Below are positions 1 to 9,367 of a DNA stretch of 32,000 nt, piece by piece. How positions within the stretch are numbered: the first letter of the stretch is position 1; each line of letters begins with the position of its first letter. This stretch comes from Methanopyrus kandleri AV19. GTDB taxonomy: Archaea; JAADCQ01; Methanopyri; Methanopyrales; Methanopyraceae. The notes beneath the pieces are model-generated. The model made no database searches, had not been told where the DNA came from, and worked only from the letters and a program-made list of their open reading frames with translations. Both the position numbers and the translations under genes were made by a program. The DNA is taken from contig NC_003551.1 of assembly GCF_000007185.1 (NCBI RefSeq), forward strand, positions 1,200,001-1,232,000, given 5' to 3'.

Positions 1-1
1 G

Positions 2-253
2 GGACGGCGCGTCTCGGGGTTACGGATAGCACCCACCGGGGACGACCGACGGGACGGGCTGGTGAGACTGGCCCTGAGATGGCTCGCCGCGAACCCTTCG
101 GCGTCGATCGAGGGGTCCTGGCCCGGCAAGACGGACGCGTTCCTGGAGTACGCGGAGGAGGCCCGGAAACTCATCGACTACCTGGATCGTCTCGGTCACC
201 TCTCGATTCCAGCACATTCCGGACGATCTCCTCGAGCTTGGAGTCGGTGACCC
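2..253 (+). CDS. Possible C-terminal fragment of a CDS entering from the left edge (product unknown)
   Basis: Frame is open from base 2 to the TGA after ...AWSR with no start needed inside the window. The translation ...WPGKTDAFLEYAEEARKLIDYLDRLGHL looks like ordinary protein. It overlaps the 3' end of the convergent synthase gene. Confidence 0.4.
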
Positions 254-1364
254 TGACACGCCGGTCCCCGAGCGCCTTGATCCGCTTGAGGACCTCCTCG
301 ACGATCTCCTCCTCCGGTTCCACGCCCAGTTCCTCCAACTTCGCGACCACCGCCTTCCGCCCGGTGTGCTTACCGAGGACGATCTTCCGGTTCATACCCA
401 CCTCCTTGGGGTCGATCGGCTCGTAGGTGCGCGGCTCCTCCAGAACCGCGGCCACGTGGATCCCGGACTCGTGCCTGAAGGCGTTCTCGCCCACGACGGC
501 CTTGTTCGGGGGCACGTCGATACCGGAGTACTCCGAGACCTTCCTCGAGAGCTCCGCGAGCACCTCGGTGTTGAACCCCGGGTCGATCCCGTACAGCTCC
601 TTGAGGGCCATGATCACCTCCTCGAGGGCTGCGTTACCCGCGCGCTCACCGATACCGTTCACCGTGGTGGAGATCGCCTGCGCCCCCGCCTCGACCGCGG
701 CCAGCGAGTTGGCCACGGCCATGCCGAAGTCGTCGTGGCAGTGCACGCCGATCGGCAGGTCCACGACCTCGCGGATCTTCGCCACGAAAAGCCGCATCGC
801 CGCCGGTATCATGACGCCGACGGTGTCCGTCGCGTGGACGCGGTCCGCCCCGCACTCCTCCGCCGTCCGGTACACCCTCTCCAGGAACTCGAACTCCGTC
901 CTCGTCCCGTCCTCCGCGGAGAACGCCACCCACAGCCCGTGGTCCTTCGCGTACTCGACCGTGTCGGCGATCCGCTCGAGTACCTCCTCCCTCGACATCC
1001 GGAGCTTGTGCTTCAGATGCAGCTCGGAGGTGGCGATGAAGGTGATCACTCCGTCCACGTCGCAGTCCAACGCCGCGTCCACGTCACCACGTAGCGTCCT
1101 CGCCAGGCATAGAATGTCGGCGTTCAGTCCCTCGTGCGCGATCCTACGCACGGCGTCCCGCTCGCCCTCGGACACCACCGGGAACCCGGCCTCGATCTGC
1201 TGCACGCCCAGCTCGTCCAGTAGGTGCGCGATCTCCAGCTTCTGCTCGGGCGTGAAGCTGACACCCGGGGTCTGCTCACCGTCCCTCAGCGTCGTGTCGT
1301 AGACGATCACCTCGTCCGGGAGGTCCATCTCCCTAACGGCTTCACGTACGTACGGACTCTGCAC
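171..1364 (-). CDS. aksA: 2-isopropylmalate/homocitrate synthase family protein, short form lacking the LeuA C-terminal regulatory domain; homocitrate synthase AksA-like
   Basis: Protein has IYDTTLRDGEQTPGVSF, CHDDFGMAVANSLAAVEAGA and NGIGERAGNAALEE motifs; length 397 aa. Confidence 0.8.
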   Translation of the reverse strand: MQSPYVREAVREMDLPDEVIVYDTTLRDGEQTPGVSFTPEQKLEIAHLLDELGVQQIEAGFPVVSEGERDAVRRIAHEGLNADILCLARTLRGDVDAALDCDVDGVITFIATSELHLKHKLRMSREEVLERIADTVEYAKDHGLWVAFSAEDGTRTEFEFLERVYRTAEECGADRVHATDTVGVMIPAAMRLFVAKIREVVDLPIGVHCHDDFGMAVANSLAAVEAGAQAISTTVNGIGERAGNAALEEVIMALKELYGIDPGFNTEVLAELSRKVSEYSGIDVPPNKAVVGENAFRHESGIHVAAVLEEPRTYEPIDPKEVGMNRKIVLGKHTGRKAVVAKLEELGVEPEEEIVEEVLKRIKALGDRRVRVTDSKLEEIVRNVLESRGDRDDPGSR

Positions 1365-1368
1365 GTGC

Positions 1369-1722
1369 TCACCCCTCCAAGTCGTACGCGACCTCTAACC
1401 GCTCCAGGGTTACGACGCCCACGCCGAGACGCTCTTTGAGGAGCTCCAGCAGGCGCTCGACCTTCTCCCGACTGTCCACCACCTCGACGACCACGGGCAG
1501 GTTCATCGACGTCCTGAGGATGCGCGCCTCCGAGCGCCCGCGGCGGCCGCAGCCCGCGAAGCAGCGGTGCACGGTGGCCCCTCTCAGTCCGAGCTCGCGC
1601 ACGCGTTCGAGGATCCAGTCCACCGCGGGCACCCCATCGACCTTGTCTCCTTCCAACAGGTACACCTTCAGTTTCACCGGTTCTTCGATCTTCCTGACCA
1701 ACCTCACGCCCTCCCCGACCAT
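1369..1722 (-). CDS. DUF190 family protein (small ACT/PII-like fold protein commonly found with CrcB)
   Basis: 117 aa, KLKVYLLEGDKVDGVPAVDWILERVRELGLRGATVHR..; overlaps the crcB stop. Confidence 0.75.
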   Translation of the reverse strand: MVGEGVRLVRKIEEPVKLKVYLLEGDKVDGVPAVDWILERVRELGLRGATVHRCFAGCGRRGRSEARILRTSMNLPVVVEVVDSREKVERLLELLKERLGVGVVTLERLEVAYDLEG

Positions 1723-2099
1723 ACCACGTGCGCCGCCGCCATGCCGCCGAGCACGGCCGCGATCCCGAGCACGACGTTAGCTGTTAAGTAAAGAATGGAG
1801 AGTACCGGCGAGGCCTTCAACAGCTCCACGGTCTCGTACGCCATCGTGCTCAGCGTGGTGAGGCCCCCGCAGAACCCCACCGTCGCGAGCGCGCGGACCT
1901 CTGGGGAGAGCCGCAGGCCGAGCATCGTCGACCAGGTGAGGAACCCTAGGACGAACGACCCGAGGACGTTCACGAGGACCGTCCCCATCGGGAACCCGCG
2001 CACCTGCGGTACGAGACCGGACAGTAAGTAGCGACAGACCGCCCCCAGCGCGCCTCCGATCGCCACGGCGGCCAGCTCCCGGGCCCCGATCTTCACCAC
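1704..2099 (-). CDS. crcB: Fluoride ion channel CrcB/Fluc
   Basis: 131 aa with GGALGAVCRYLLSG, GTVLVNVLGSFVLGFL and GFCGGLTTLSTMAYE motifs. Confidence 0.93.
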   Translation of the reverse strand: MVKIGARELAAVAIGGALGAVCRYLLSGLVPQVRGFPMGTVLVNVLGSFVLGFLTWSTMLGLRLSPEVRALATVGFCGGLTTLSTMAYETVELLKASPVLSILYLTANVVLGIAAVLGGMAAAHVVWSGRA

Positions 2100-2105
2100 C
2101 CCTCC

Positions 2106-2915
2106 TCAGAGCATCTTGGCTGCGAGCGGCACGAGGAGCGCGATCCCACCCAACAGCAGACACACTTTCGAGAAGTCGAGACGTCTCGCCACCCGCAGCA
2201 GCACTTCCATGCAGATCAGACTCACGACGAAGGACACCCCGATCGCCGTCACCATCCACGACGTGCCCATTTTCGTGGCCGCGCTCAGCCCCTCCTTGAG
2301 CTCTAAGGCCGTCGCGCCCAGCATCGCCGGACCGGCCAGGTAGAACGACAGCCACACGGCCTCTCCACCGTCGAACCTACGCCAGAGCAGGAGCGCCATC
2401 GTCGTACCGGACCGGCTGATCCCCGGGATCACCGAGAACCCCTGTCCCAGGCCCACGATGACGGCGTCCACGACGTTGACTTCCCTGCGATCCCTCAGCC
2501 CCTCGGGCGATATCCGCAGGAGGAGTCCCGTGACGATCAGGGCGCCTCCGATGGCCATCTGGACCGCGTCTCCCGTGGCGGCCGAGAAGATCCCCTTCAA
2601 CACCTTGTACACCGGGAGCCCGACGACGGCCGTACAGACCGTGGCGACGATCGCGAACAATCCTAATCGCCGCCACGGCCCGCCCATCAGCAGGTCCCTC
2701 ACCGTCAGCCAGTACGGGACACCGAACCGTAACAGCACGGCGAGCAGCGTGCCGGCGTGCAGCCAGAGCGCCAGGTCCATCGCGGTCGAGGGCGGGATCC
2801 CGAGTACCTTCATCATCGTCATCGTCGCCTGACCTTCGCTGCTGATCGGTAACCACTCCGTGATACCTTGCACCACGCCGGCCAGGACGGCGGTCCATAA
2901 CTCGATCTCCCGCAC
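2106..2915 (-). CDS. uppP: Undecaprenyl-diphosphatase (BacA/UppP family)
   Basis: 269 aa membrane protein with GVVQGITEWLPISSEGQ and PGISRSGTTMALLLW motifs. Confidence 0.92.
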   Translation of the reverse strand: MREIELWTAVLAGVVQGITEWLPISSEGQATMTMMKVLGIPPSTAMDLALWLHAGTLLAVLLRFGVPYWLTVRDLLMGGPWRRLGLFAIVATVCTAVVGLPVYKVLKGIFSAATGDAVQMAIGGALIVTGLLLRISPEGLRDRREVNVVDAVIVGLGQGFSVIPGISRSGTTMALLLWRRFDGGEAVWLSFYLAGPAMLGATALELKEGLSAATKMGTSWMVTAIGVSFVVSLICMEVLLRVARRLDFSKVCLLLGGIALLVPLAAKML

Positions 2916-3139
2916 CCCCTCCGCCGCCGCGACCGCCCGAGGTTAAATCTCTGTTCGGAATCCGGAGTCGGAAGGCGATTACCGTAATCTGACGCCGCGG
3001 GTCGGGTATCTCCACGAGCGGTCGGAAGGTCCGATTCGCCGTTCGACGTCGAAGCCCGCGTCTGCACTCCGTCCCGGTCCTCGGGCCCTTCGCGGAAAAC
3101 CTTTCCGACGGTCGCGATCACGCTCCTGGGGGCATCGGG

Positions 3140-3412
3140 TTGACCCGCGCGGTGGTGACCGTGATCGGTGCGGATCGACCCGGTATCGTCGCCGGAATCT
3201 CGAGCGTCCTGGCCGAACATAACGCGAACATCGAGGACATCTCCCAGACGGTACTGCGCGACCTGTTCGCGATGGTCATGCTCGTCGACCTCTCCGAGGC
3301 CGACGTGAGCGTGGGTAAGCTGAGGGAGGAGCTCCAAAAGGCCGGCGAAGAGCTCGGTGTCGACGTGATCGTTCAGCATGAAGACGTGTACCGCGCGATG
3401 CACCGGGTGTAG
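3140..3412 (+). CDS. ACT domain-containing protein (UPF0237-like)
   Basis: 90 aa, VVTVIGADRPGIVAGISSVLAEHNANIEDISQTV, TTG start. Confidence 0.88.
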   Translation: MTRAVVTVIGADRPGIVAGISSVLAEHNANIEDISQTVLRDLFAMVMLVDLSEADVSVGKLREELQKAGEELGVDVIVQHEDVYRAMHRV

Positions 3413-3417
3413 GTCCC

Positions 3418-4770
3418 ATGTCCAGTCTGGACGTGGAGGAGGTCATCGAAACCATCGAGATGATCCGGATGCGGAACCTCGACGTCCGCGCGGTGACGCT
3501 GGGGATCAACCTCCTGGACCGCGCTCACCCGGATCCGGAGGAGCTGGCGCGGGACGTCCGCGAGAAGATCGTCGAGGTCGCCGGTGACCTCGTGGAGGTC
3601 GTGGAGGAGGTGGAGGACGAGCTCGGAGTGCCGATCGTGAACAAGCGGATCGCCGTCACACCGTGCTCCATCGTGGCCGCGTCCGCCGTCCGGAAGGAGG
3701 GACGCGAGGCCGTCCTGACCCTCGCGGAGGCGTTGGACGAGGCGGCGGAGGAGGTCGGCGTCGACTACCTCGGCGGGTACACGGCTCTCGTCTACGACGG
3801 GTTCACGGAGGCGGACGAGGCCGTACTGGACACGATCCCGGAGGCCATCGAGGGGACGGAGCGGCTCTGCGCGTCGGTCGTGGTCGCGGACGAGCGCTAC
3901 GGGATCAACATGGACGCGGTGTACAGGACCGCGGAGGCCGTCAAGGAGACCGCGGAACGTACCGATGGACACGGTTGTGCCAGACTCGTGGCGCTGACCA
4001 ACGCCCCCGAGAACACGCCGTTCATGGCTGGGGCGTTCCACGGGGTCGGACAGCCCGAGGCGTGCGTCAACGTGGGGATCTCGGGACCGGGTGTCGTCCG
4101 GGCCGTCGTCGAGGAGCTGAAGGACGTCGACTTCCGGACGCTGCACGACGAGATCAAGCGGACCGCGTTCAAGATCACCCGGGTCGGCGAGCTGGTGGGC
4201 CGGCGGGTGGCGGAGCGCCTCGGGGTGGAGTTCGGGGCCGTGGACCTGTCGCTGGCTCCGACCCCCGAGGAGGGCGACAGCGTCGCGGAGATCCTGGAGG
4301 GGATCGGCCTCGAGTCGTGCGGTTGTCCCGGGAGCACGGCCGCGCTGCACCTACTGATGGACGCTGTCAAGAAGGGTGGAGCGGCCGCGACCTCGAGACA
4401 CGGCGGTTACAGCGAGGCGTTCATCCCGGTGAGCGAGGACGCCGGGATGGCCCGCGCGGCGGAGGAGGCCCTCACCCTCGAGAAGCTCGAGGCCATGACC
4501 GCGGTGTGCTCCGTGGGGATCGACATGGTAGTCGTACCCGGCGACACCCCGGTCGAGACCATCGCCGGTATCATCGCGGACGAGGCGGCGATCGGCGTGG
4601 TCACGGGCAAGCCGACGGCAGTCAGGATCATCCCGGCGCCGGGCAAGGAGCCCGGGGACGAGTTCGAGATGGGCGGACTGCTCGGCCGGGCACCGGTCAT
4701 GGACGTCTCGGACTACCGACCTACCATGTTCCGCAGGGACGGTCGGATACCGCCTAAGTTCCCACGATAA
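3418..4770 (+). CDS. UPF0210 / DUF711 family protein
   Basis: 450 aa, EVIETIEMIRMRNLDVRAVTLGINLLD..., ...VCSVGIDMVVVPGDTP; placed 5 nt after the ACT gene, the usual arrangement. Confidence 0.85.
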   Translation: MSSLDVEEVIETIEMIRMRNLDVRAVTLGINLLDRAHPDPEELARDVREKIVEVAGDLVEVVEEVEDELGVPIVNKRIAVTPCSIVAASAVRKEGREAVLTLAEALDEAAEEVGVDYLGGYTALVYDGFTEADEAVLDTIPEAIEGTERLCASVVVADERYGINMDAVYRTAEAVKETAERTDGHGCARLVALTNAPENTPFMAGAFHGVGQPEACVNVGISGPGVVRAVVEELKDVDFRTLHDEIKRTAFKITRVGELVGRRVAERLGVEFGAVDLSLAPTPEEGDSVAEILEGIGLESCGCPGSTAALHLLMDAVKKGGAAATSRHGGYSEAFIPVSEDAGMARAAEEALTLEKLEAMTAVCSVGIDMVVVPGDTPVETIAGIIADEAAIGVVTGKPTAVRIIPAPGKEPGDEFEMGGLLGRAPVMDVSDYRPTMFRRDGRIPPKFPR

Positions 4771-4837
4771 CGGCCGATGACGAGCCTGCCCCGGCGGGAT
4801 CGGTGACGAGGATTGGCCTTTCCGAGGCCCGACGGGG

Positions 4838-5845
4838 GTGAACGCGTCGCCGACCGTCGTGGTAATCCCCGGGGACGGGATCGGGCCGGAAGTCATCGAC
4901 GCGGCCCTGAAGGTCGTGCGGGCGGTTCTGGGTGACGAACTCGAGATCGTGGAGGAACAGGCCGGGTACTCGCTGTGGAAGAAGAGGGGAGTCACGATCG
5001 AGGACGAGACGATCGAGCGCTGCCGCGAGGCGGACGCCATGCTCTTCGGCGCGTGCACGACTCCGGAGGACCCGGAGGCCAAGAGTCCCATCGTGACGCT
5101 GCGGAAAGAGCTCGGACTCTACGCCAACGTCCGTCCCGCTCGCTCCTGGCCCGTACCGCGACCTGTCGACACCGAGTTCGACCTGGTGATCGTCCGGGAG
5201 AACACCGAGGGTCTCTACACCGGATGCGAGTGCGAGATCCACGACGGTGTTACCGTCGCCCTGCGTAAGATCTCCGAGGAGGGTACGCGCAGGGTCGCTG
5301 AGGTCGCCTGCGATCTCGCCGAGGAGCGCTCCGGTCGCGTGACGATAGTGCACAAGGCCAACGTGCTGAAGCTCACGTGCGGAACGTTCAAGCGCGTCGC
5401 GGCGGAAACCGTGGAGCGTCGCGGTCTGGAGTGGGACGACGAGTACGTGGACGCGGCGGCGTACAAGCTGGTGCGTGAGCCGGACAGCTTCGACGTGATC
5501 CTCACCTCCAACCTGTTCGGGGACATACTCTCGGACCTGGCGGCGGGTCTGATGGGGAGCCTCGGGCTCGCACCCAGCGCGAACCTGGGGGACGACGCCG
5601 CCCTATTCGAGCCTGTACACGGGTCGGCACCCGACATCGCGGGTAAGGGGATCGCGAACCCGGTGGCGGCGATCCTCTCGGCCGCCATGATGCTGGATCA
5701 CCTCGGGTACGGGGAGGAGGCTCGGATCATCGAGCGTGCCGTCGAGGAGGTGCTGCGCGAGGGCGTGAGGACTCCCGACCTCGGCGGTTCCGCGACCACG
5801 GAGGAGGTGGCCGAGGCGATCGCGGAGCGTGTGGCTACCGGGTGA
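4838..5845 (+). CDS. Isopropylmalate/homoisocitrate dehydrogenase family (LeuB/AksF-like)
   Basis: 335 aa with VIPGDGIGPEVI, RENTEGLYTG, NLFGDILSDLAAGL and EPVHGSAPDIAGKGIANP; paralogue specificity cannot be set by eye. Confidence 0.88.
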   Translation: MNASPTVVVIPGDGIGPEVIDAALKVVRAVLGDELEIVEEQAGYSLWKKRGVTIEDETIERCREADAMLFGACTTPEDPEAKSPIVTLRKELGLYANVRPARSWPVPRPVDTEFDLVIVRENTEGLYTGCECEIHDGVTVALRKISEEGTRRVAEVACDLAEERSGRVTIVHKANVLKLTCGTFKRVAAETVERRGLEWDDEYVDAAAYKLVREPDSFDVILTSNLFGDILSDLAAGLMGSLGLAPSANLGDDAALFEPVHGSAPDIAGKGIANPVAAILSAAMMLDHLGYGEEARIIERAVEEVLREGVRTPDLGGSATTEEVAEAIAERVATG

Positions 5846-6266
5846 GCGGGGGGCGTAGGGCGACCGGCTCGTACCTGGGATCACCCCCGAGCTCCACGAG
5901 GGCCACCTCGGGTAGCTCCTTAACCCTGCGTGCGAACTCCTCGCTGCGTCCCTCGATCAGCAGCTCGGCTAGCTCCGAGGCGAGCTCGATTCTATCCCGG
6001 AAGCAGCACCTCTCGGTCTCGGCCACGGCCGGGTCGTTGAAGGTAATCACCACGGGTTCTTCCCCACCGAGCCTCCTGCCGACCTCCTCGGATCGCACCT
6101 CCAGGTACGTCGGGTCCTCCGTGAGCTCCAGCACCCGGGAGTCCGCGTCGTACCTGACGGTGTCCCCGGAAACCGACTCCAGCCCCCTCGCGCTCTCCAT
6201 CGCGAGCCGCAGGAGGTCCCGACACGTCGCGGACCGGAAGACCTTAACCCGGGGGCCCTTGGACAT
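5835..6266 (-). CDS. Hypothetical protein, 143 aa
   Basis: Only plausible ORF between the convergent dehydrogenase (10-nt overlap) and the divergent rnp1 gene; coherent acidic archaeal-style translation. Confidence 0.6.
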
Positions 6267-6589
6267 TGCCGATCACCCCGCGCAACATCGTCCGACACGA
6301 GCTCATTGGCCTGGAGTGTCGGGTGGTGAAGTCGCTCGGGCCCCCGTACGAGGGCCTGGAAGGCAGGATCGTGGACGAAACGAAGAACACCCTGGTGTTG
6401 AAGACGGAGTCCGGTGAAAAGGTTATAGTGAAAGATCAGGTGCTGCTCGAGCTCAAGCTTCCGTCGGGCGAGAGGGTACGCGTTGACGGTGCCCTGCTCG
6501 TGGGTCGTCCGGAGGAAAGGCTTTCTAAGCGGATCAAATACGCGGAGGTCGTGCGCGGTAGGTTCGATCCGGAGGACTACCTGGATTGA
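6266..6589 (+). CDS. rnp1: Ribonuclease P protein component 1 (Rpp29/Pop4)
   Basis: [19 protein letters not shown]...[17 protein letters not shown]; encoded directly upstream of S17 as in other archaea. TTG start. Confidence 0.93.
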
Positions 6590-6603
6590 CGGGGGAGTAT
6601 CGA

Positions 6604-6942
6604 ATGGCGAAAGACATCGGGCTCGGCGTCAAGCCACCGCGGAGGGAGTGCGACGATCCGAACTGCCCGTTCCACGGTAACCTGAGGGTCCGTGGGATGA
6701 TCCTCGAGGGTGTCGTGGTGAGCGACCGGATGGACAAGACCGTGATCGTGGAGCGCGAGTACTACCGGTACGACCGGAAGTACGAGCGTTGGGAGCGTAG
6801 ACGCTCCAGGATCCCGGCCCACAACCCGCCCTGCATCGACGCCCAGGAAGGTGACAAGGTCCGGATCGCGGAGTGCCGGCCCCTGAGCAAGACGAAGAGC
6901 TTCGTCGTGATCGAAGTCCTCGAACGTGCACAGGAGAGGTAG
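6604..6942 (+). CDS. rps17: 30S ribosomal protein S17
   Basis: [52 protein letters not shown] at 6604 preferred over the TTG at 6586. Confidence 0.95.
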   Translation: MAKDIGLGVKPPRRECDDPNCPFHGNLRVRGMILEGVVVSDRMDKTVIVEREYYRYDRKYERWERRRSRIPAHNPPCIDAQEGDKVRIAECRPLSKTKSFVVIEVLERAQER

Positions 6943-6954
6943 GGGTGAGCCGCC

Positions 6955-7356
6955 GTGAAGGCGATTAAGGCGAAGTCCCCGCATGCCGCGCTACCGGTGG
7001 GCGCGCGGCTGGTCTGCGCGGACAACACGGGTGCCAGGGAGCTCCAGATCATCGCCGTGAAGGGCTACAAGGGCGTCCGTAGGAGGCTACCGAACGCCGG
7101 GATCGGCGACATGGTAGTGTGCTCGGTGAAGGAAGGTACTCCGGACATGCGAAAGGAAGTCGTGAACGCCGTCATCGTGCGTCAGCGCAAGGAGTACCGC
7201 CGTCCCGACGGAACGCGCGTGAAGTTCGAGGACAACGCGGCCGTCATCGTGACGCCGGACGGAGCCCCGCGAGGCTCCGAGATCAGGGGCCCCGTGGCCA
7301 AGGAGGCCGCGGAGCGCTGGCCCAGGATCGGTAGCATCGCGAGCATCATCGTCTAG
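6955..7356 (+). CDS. rpl14: 50S ribosomal protein L14
   Basis: [22 protein letters not shown]...[12 protein letters not shown].. Confidence 0.95.
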   Translation: MKAIKAKSPHAALPVGARLVCADNTGARELQIIAVKGYKGVRRRLPNAGIGDMVVCSVKEGTPDMRKEVVNAVIVRQRKEYRRPDGTRVKFEDNAAVIVTPDGAPRGSEIRGPVAKEAAERWPRIGSIASIIV

Positions 7357-7370
7357 GGGGGACGTCACCC

Positions 7371-7820
7371 TTGCGCTGGACGAAGTCCAGTCAGCCGAGG
7401 AAGCAGCGTAAGGCCTTCTTCAACGCCCCGCTACACAAGCGCCAGAAGCTCATGAGCGCCACGCTCCACCCGGAGCTCAGGAAGAAGTTCAACCGTCGGA
7501 GCCTGCCGGTCCGGAGGGGAGACATGGTCAGGATCATGCGCGGTGACTTCAAGGGTCACGAGGGCGAGGTCGTCGAGGTGGACCTGAAACGCCTACGTAT
7601 CTACGTGGAGGGTGCCACGATCGAGAGGGCGAACGGAGAGAAGGTGTACTACCCGATCCACCCCTCGAACGTGATGATCATCGAGCCGAACCTGGACGAC
7701 CCGATGCGGCGTAAGATCATAGAGCGCTCCGGTGGCACCCCCGAGGTCGAGGCCGTACCCGAGAAGTCCGAAGAGGAGAAGGAGGAGAAAGAGAAAGAGG
7801 AGGAAAAGTCCGAGGAGTGA
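7371..7820 (+). CDS. rpl24: 50S ribosomal protein L24
   Basis: [54 protein letters not shown]; highly charged KEEEK C-terminal tail. Confidence 0.94.
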   Translation: MRWTKSSQPRKQRKAFFNAPLHKRQKLMSATLHPELRKKFNRRSLPVRRGDMVRIMRGDFKGHEGEVVEVDLKRLRIYVEGATIERANGEKVYYPIHPSNVMIIEPNLDDPMRRKIIERSGGTPEVEAVPEKSEEEKEEKEKEEEKSEE

Positions 7821-7834
7821 GGGGGTGAACTCGC

Positions 7835-8617
7835 TTGGGTCGCGCGCGTAGTGGTCCGAAGCGTCACGTGAAGCGTCTCGCGGCCCCGTACGCCTGGCCG
7901 ATCCCGAGGAAGGAAGGTGGTAAGTTCGCACCGAGGCCGTACCCCGGACCGCACACCATGGACACGAGCGTGCCGCTGCTGATCCTGGTACGCGACATGC
8001 TGGGATACGCCGACTACGCCCGGGAGGCCCGGAAGATCATCACGCGCGGTGAGATCTACGTCGACGGCGTGGTGAGGAAGGAGCCGAAGTTCCCGGTGGG
8101 CATCATGGACGTGGTGGAGATCCCGCGCACCGGGGACAGGTACCGCGTGGTCATGAACGAGCACCACCGCCTGGACGTCGTGCCGATCTCCGAAGAGGAG
8201 GCCAGGGTGAAGGTCTGCCGGATCAAGAACAAGACCTACGTGAGGGGCGGCAACCTCCAGATCACGATGCACGACGGTAAGAACTGGCTCGTCGAGATCG
8301 AGGACCCGACGGACCCGAAGGAGGATGTCTACAGCGTGGGAGACAGCCTCGTGCTCGAGCTCCCGGAGCCGGACAGCGGTGAGAGCTGGAAGGTCGTGGA
8401 TCACATCCCGTTCGAGGAAGGTGTCTGGGTGTACGCGATGACCGGCCGACACTCGGGCGAGGTGGGTCGTGTCGTCGAGATCCAGACATTCGAGGGTCCG
8501 CAGGAGGACCTCATCACCGTCGAGAACCCGGAGGGAGACCAGTTCCAGACCACGAAGGGCCGGCTCATCGCGATCGGTAAGGACGAGCCGCTGGTCACCG
8601 TGAGGAAGGAGGAGTAG
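7835..8617 (+). CDS. rps4e: 30S ribosomal protein S4e
   Basis: GPKRHVKRLAAPYAWPIPRKEGGKFAPRPYPGPH...; TTG start. Confidence 0.95.
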   Translation: MGRARSGPKRHVKRLAAPYAWPIPRKEGGKFAPRPYPGPHTMDTSVPLLILVRDMLGYADYAREARKIITRGEIYVDGVVRKEPKFPVGIMDVVEIPRTGDRYRVVMNEHHRLDVVPISEEEARVKVCRIKNKTYVRGGNLQITMHDGKNWLVEIEDPTDPKEDVYSVGDSLVLELPEPDSGESWKVVDHIPFEEGVWVYAMTGRHSGEVGRVVEIQTFEGPQEDLITVENPEGDQFQTTKGRLIAIGKDEPLVTVRKEE

Positions 8618-8629
8618 GGGGAGCTCCCG

Positions 8630-9190
8630 TTGTCCGTCGTCGACGAGGAGACCCGGCGTAAGATCCTGGAGGACTGGGAGAGCAACCCGATGCGGAAGCC
8701 GCGCGTGGGTAAGGTCACCGTGAACATAGGCGTCGGCGAGTCCGGGGACCGGCTACAGAAGGCCTACGAGCTCCTCCAGGAGCTCACCGGGCAGAAGCCC
8801 GTCTACACCCGGGCCAAGCAGACGAACCCGAGCTTCGGGATCCGACGCGGCCAGCCCATCGGAGTGAAGGTGGACCTGCGTCGGGAGCAGGCGATCGAGT
8901 TCCTCGACTGGACGCTGGACGCCGTCGACAGGGAGCTCCACGAGTCGCAGTTCGACGAGTTCGGTAACGTGTGCTTCGGTCTGGAGGAGCACATCGCCCT
9001 CGAGGGCGTCGAGTACGACCCGGAGATCGGTATCTTCGGTATGGACATCGCCGTGACCCTGGAGCGCCCGGGCTTCCGGGTTATGAGGAGACGCCGCTGT
9101 CGTCGCCCCGTCCCGCGCCGGCACCGGCTGACCAAGGAGGAGGGCATAGTCTTCATGGAGGAGGAGTTCGACGTGGAGGTCCTGCCCTGA
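8630..9190 (+). CDS. rpl5: 50S ribosomal protein L5
   Basis: [40 protein letters not shown]...[16 protein letters not shown]. Confidence 0.95.
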   Translation: MSVVDEETRRKILEDWESNPMRKPRVGKVTVNIGVGESGDRLQKAYELLQELTGQKPVYTRAKQTNPSFGIRRGQPIGVKVDLRREQAIEFLDWTLDAVDRELHESQFDEFGNVCFGLEEHIALEGVEYDPEIGIFGMDIAVTLERPGFRVMRRRRCRRPVPRRHRLTKEEGIVFMEEEFDVEVLP

Positions 9191-9204
9191 GGGGGTGACC
9201 CGGA

Positions 9205-9351
9205 ATGGCGAGGAGGGAGTTCGGCAAGGGCGCACGCCGGTGCCGGCGCTGCGGTGACACGCACGGAGTCATACAGAAGTACGGTATCATGTTGTGCAGG
9301 CAGTGTTTCCGAGAAGTGGCCGAAAAGATGGGGTTCAAGAAGTACAACTGA
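9205..9351 (+). CDS. rps14: 30S ribosomal protein S14 (zinc-binding short form, 48 aa)
   Basis: Not in the supplied ORF track. Manual translation gives [48 protein letters not shown] with a CxxC...CxxC zinc motif, in its canonical L5-S14-S8 position. Confidence 0.96.
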   Translation: MARREFGKGARRCRRCGDTHGVIQKYGIMLCRQCFREVAEKMGFKKYN

Positions 9352-9367
9352 GGGGGGTTAGTGTCGC

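Noticed and set aside
366-1094. 242-aa plus-strand ORF opposite the aksA-like gene
   Set aside because: Antisense to a clearly conserved gene. The His/Arg/Asp-rich translation is typical of a shadow frame in GC-rich DNA.
3373-4350. 325-aa minus-strand ORF opposite the UPF0210 gene
   Set aside because: Shadow frame of a conserved gene, with biased R/H/P composition and no recognisable domain.
3663-4757. 364-aa plus-strand ORF in another frame of the UPF0210 gene
   Set aside because: Gly/Arg-rich out-of-frame translation overlapping a conserved CDS.
7755-7818. GAGGAGAAAG-type purine repeat
   Set aside because: Encodes the charged C-terminal tail of L24, so no independent repeat element is needed.
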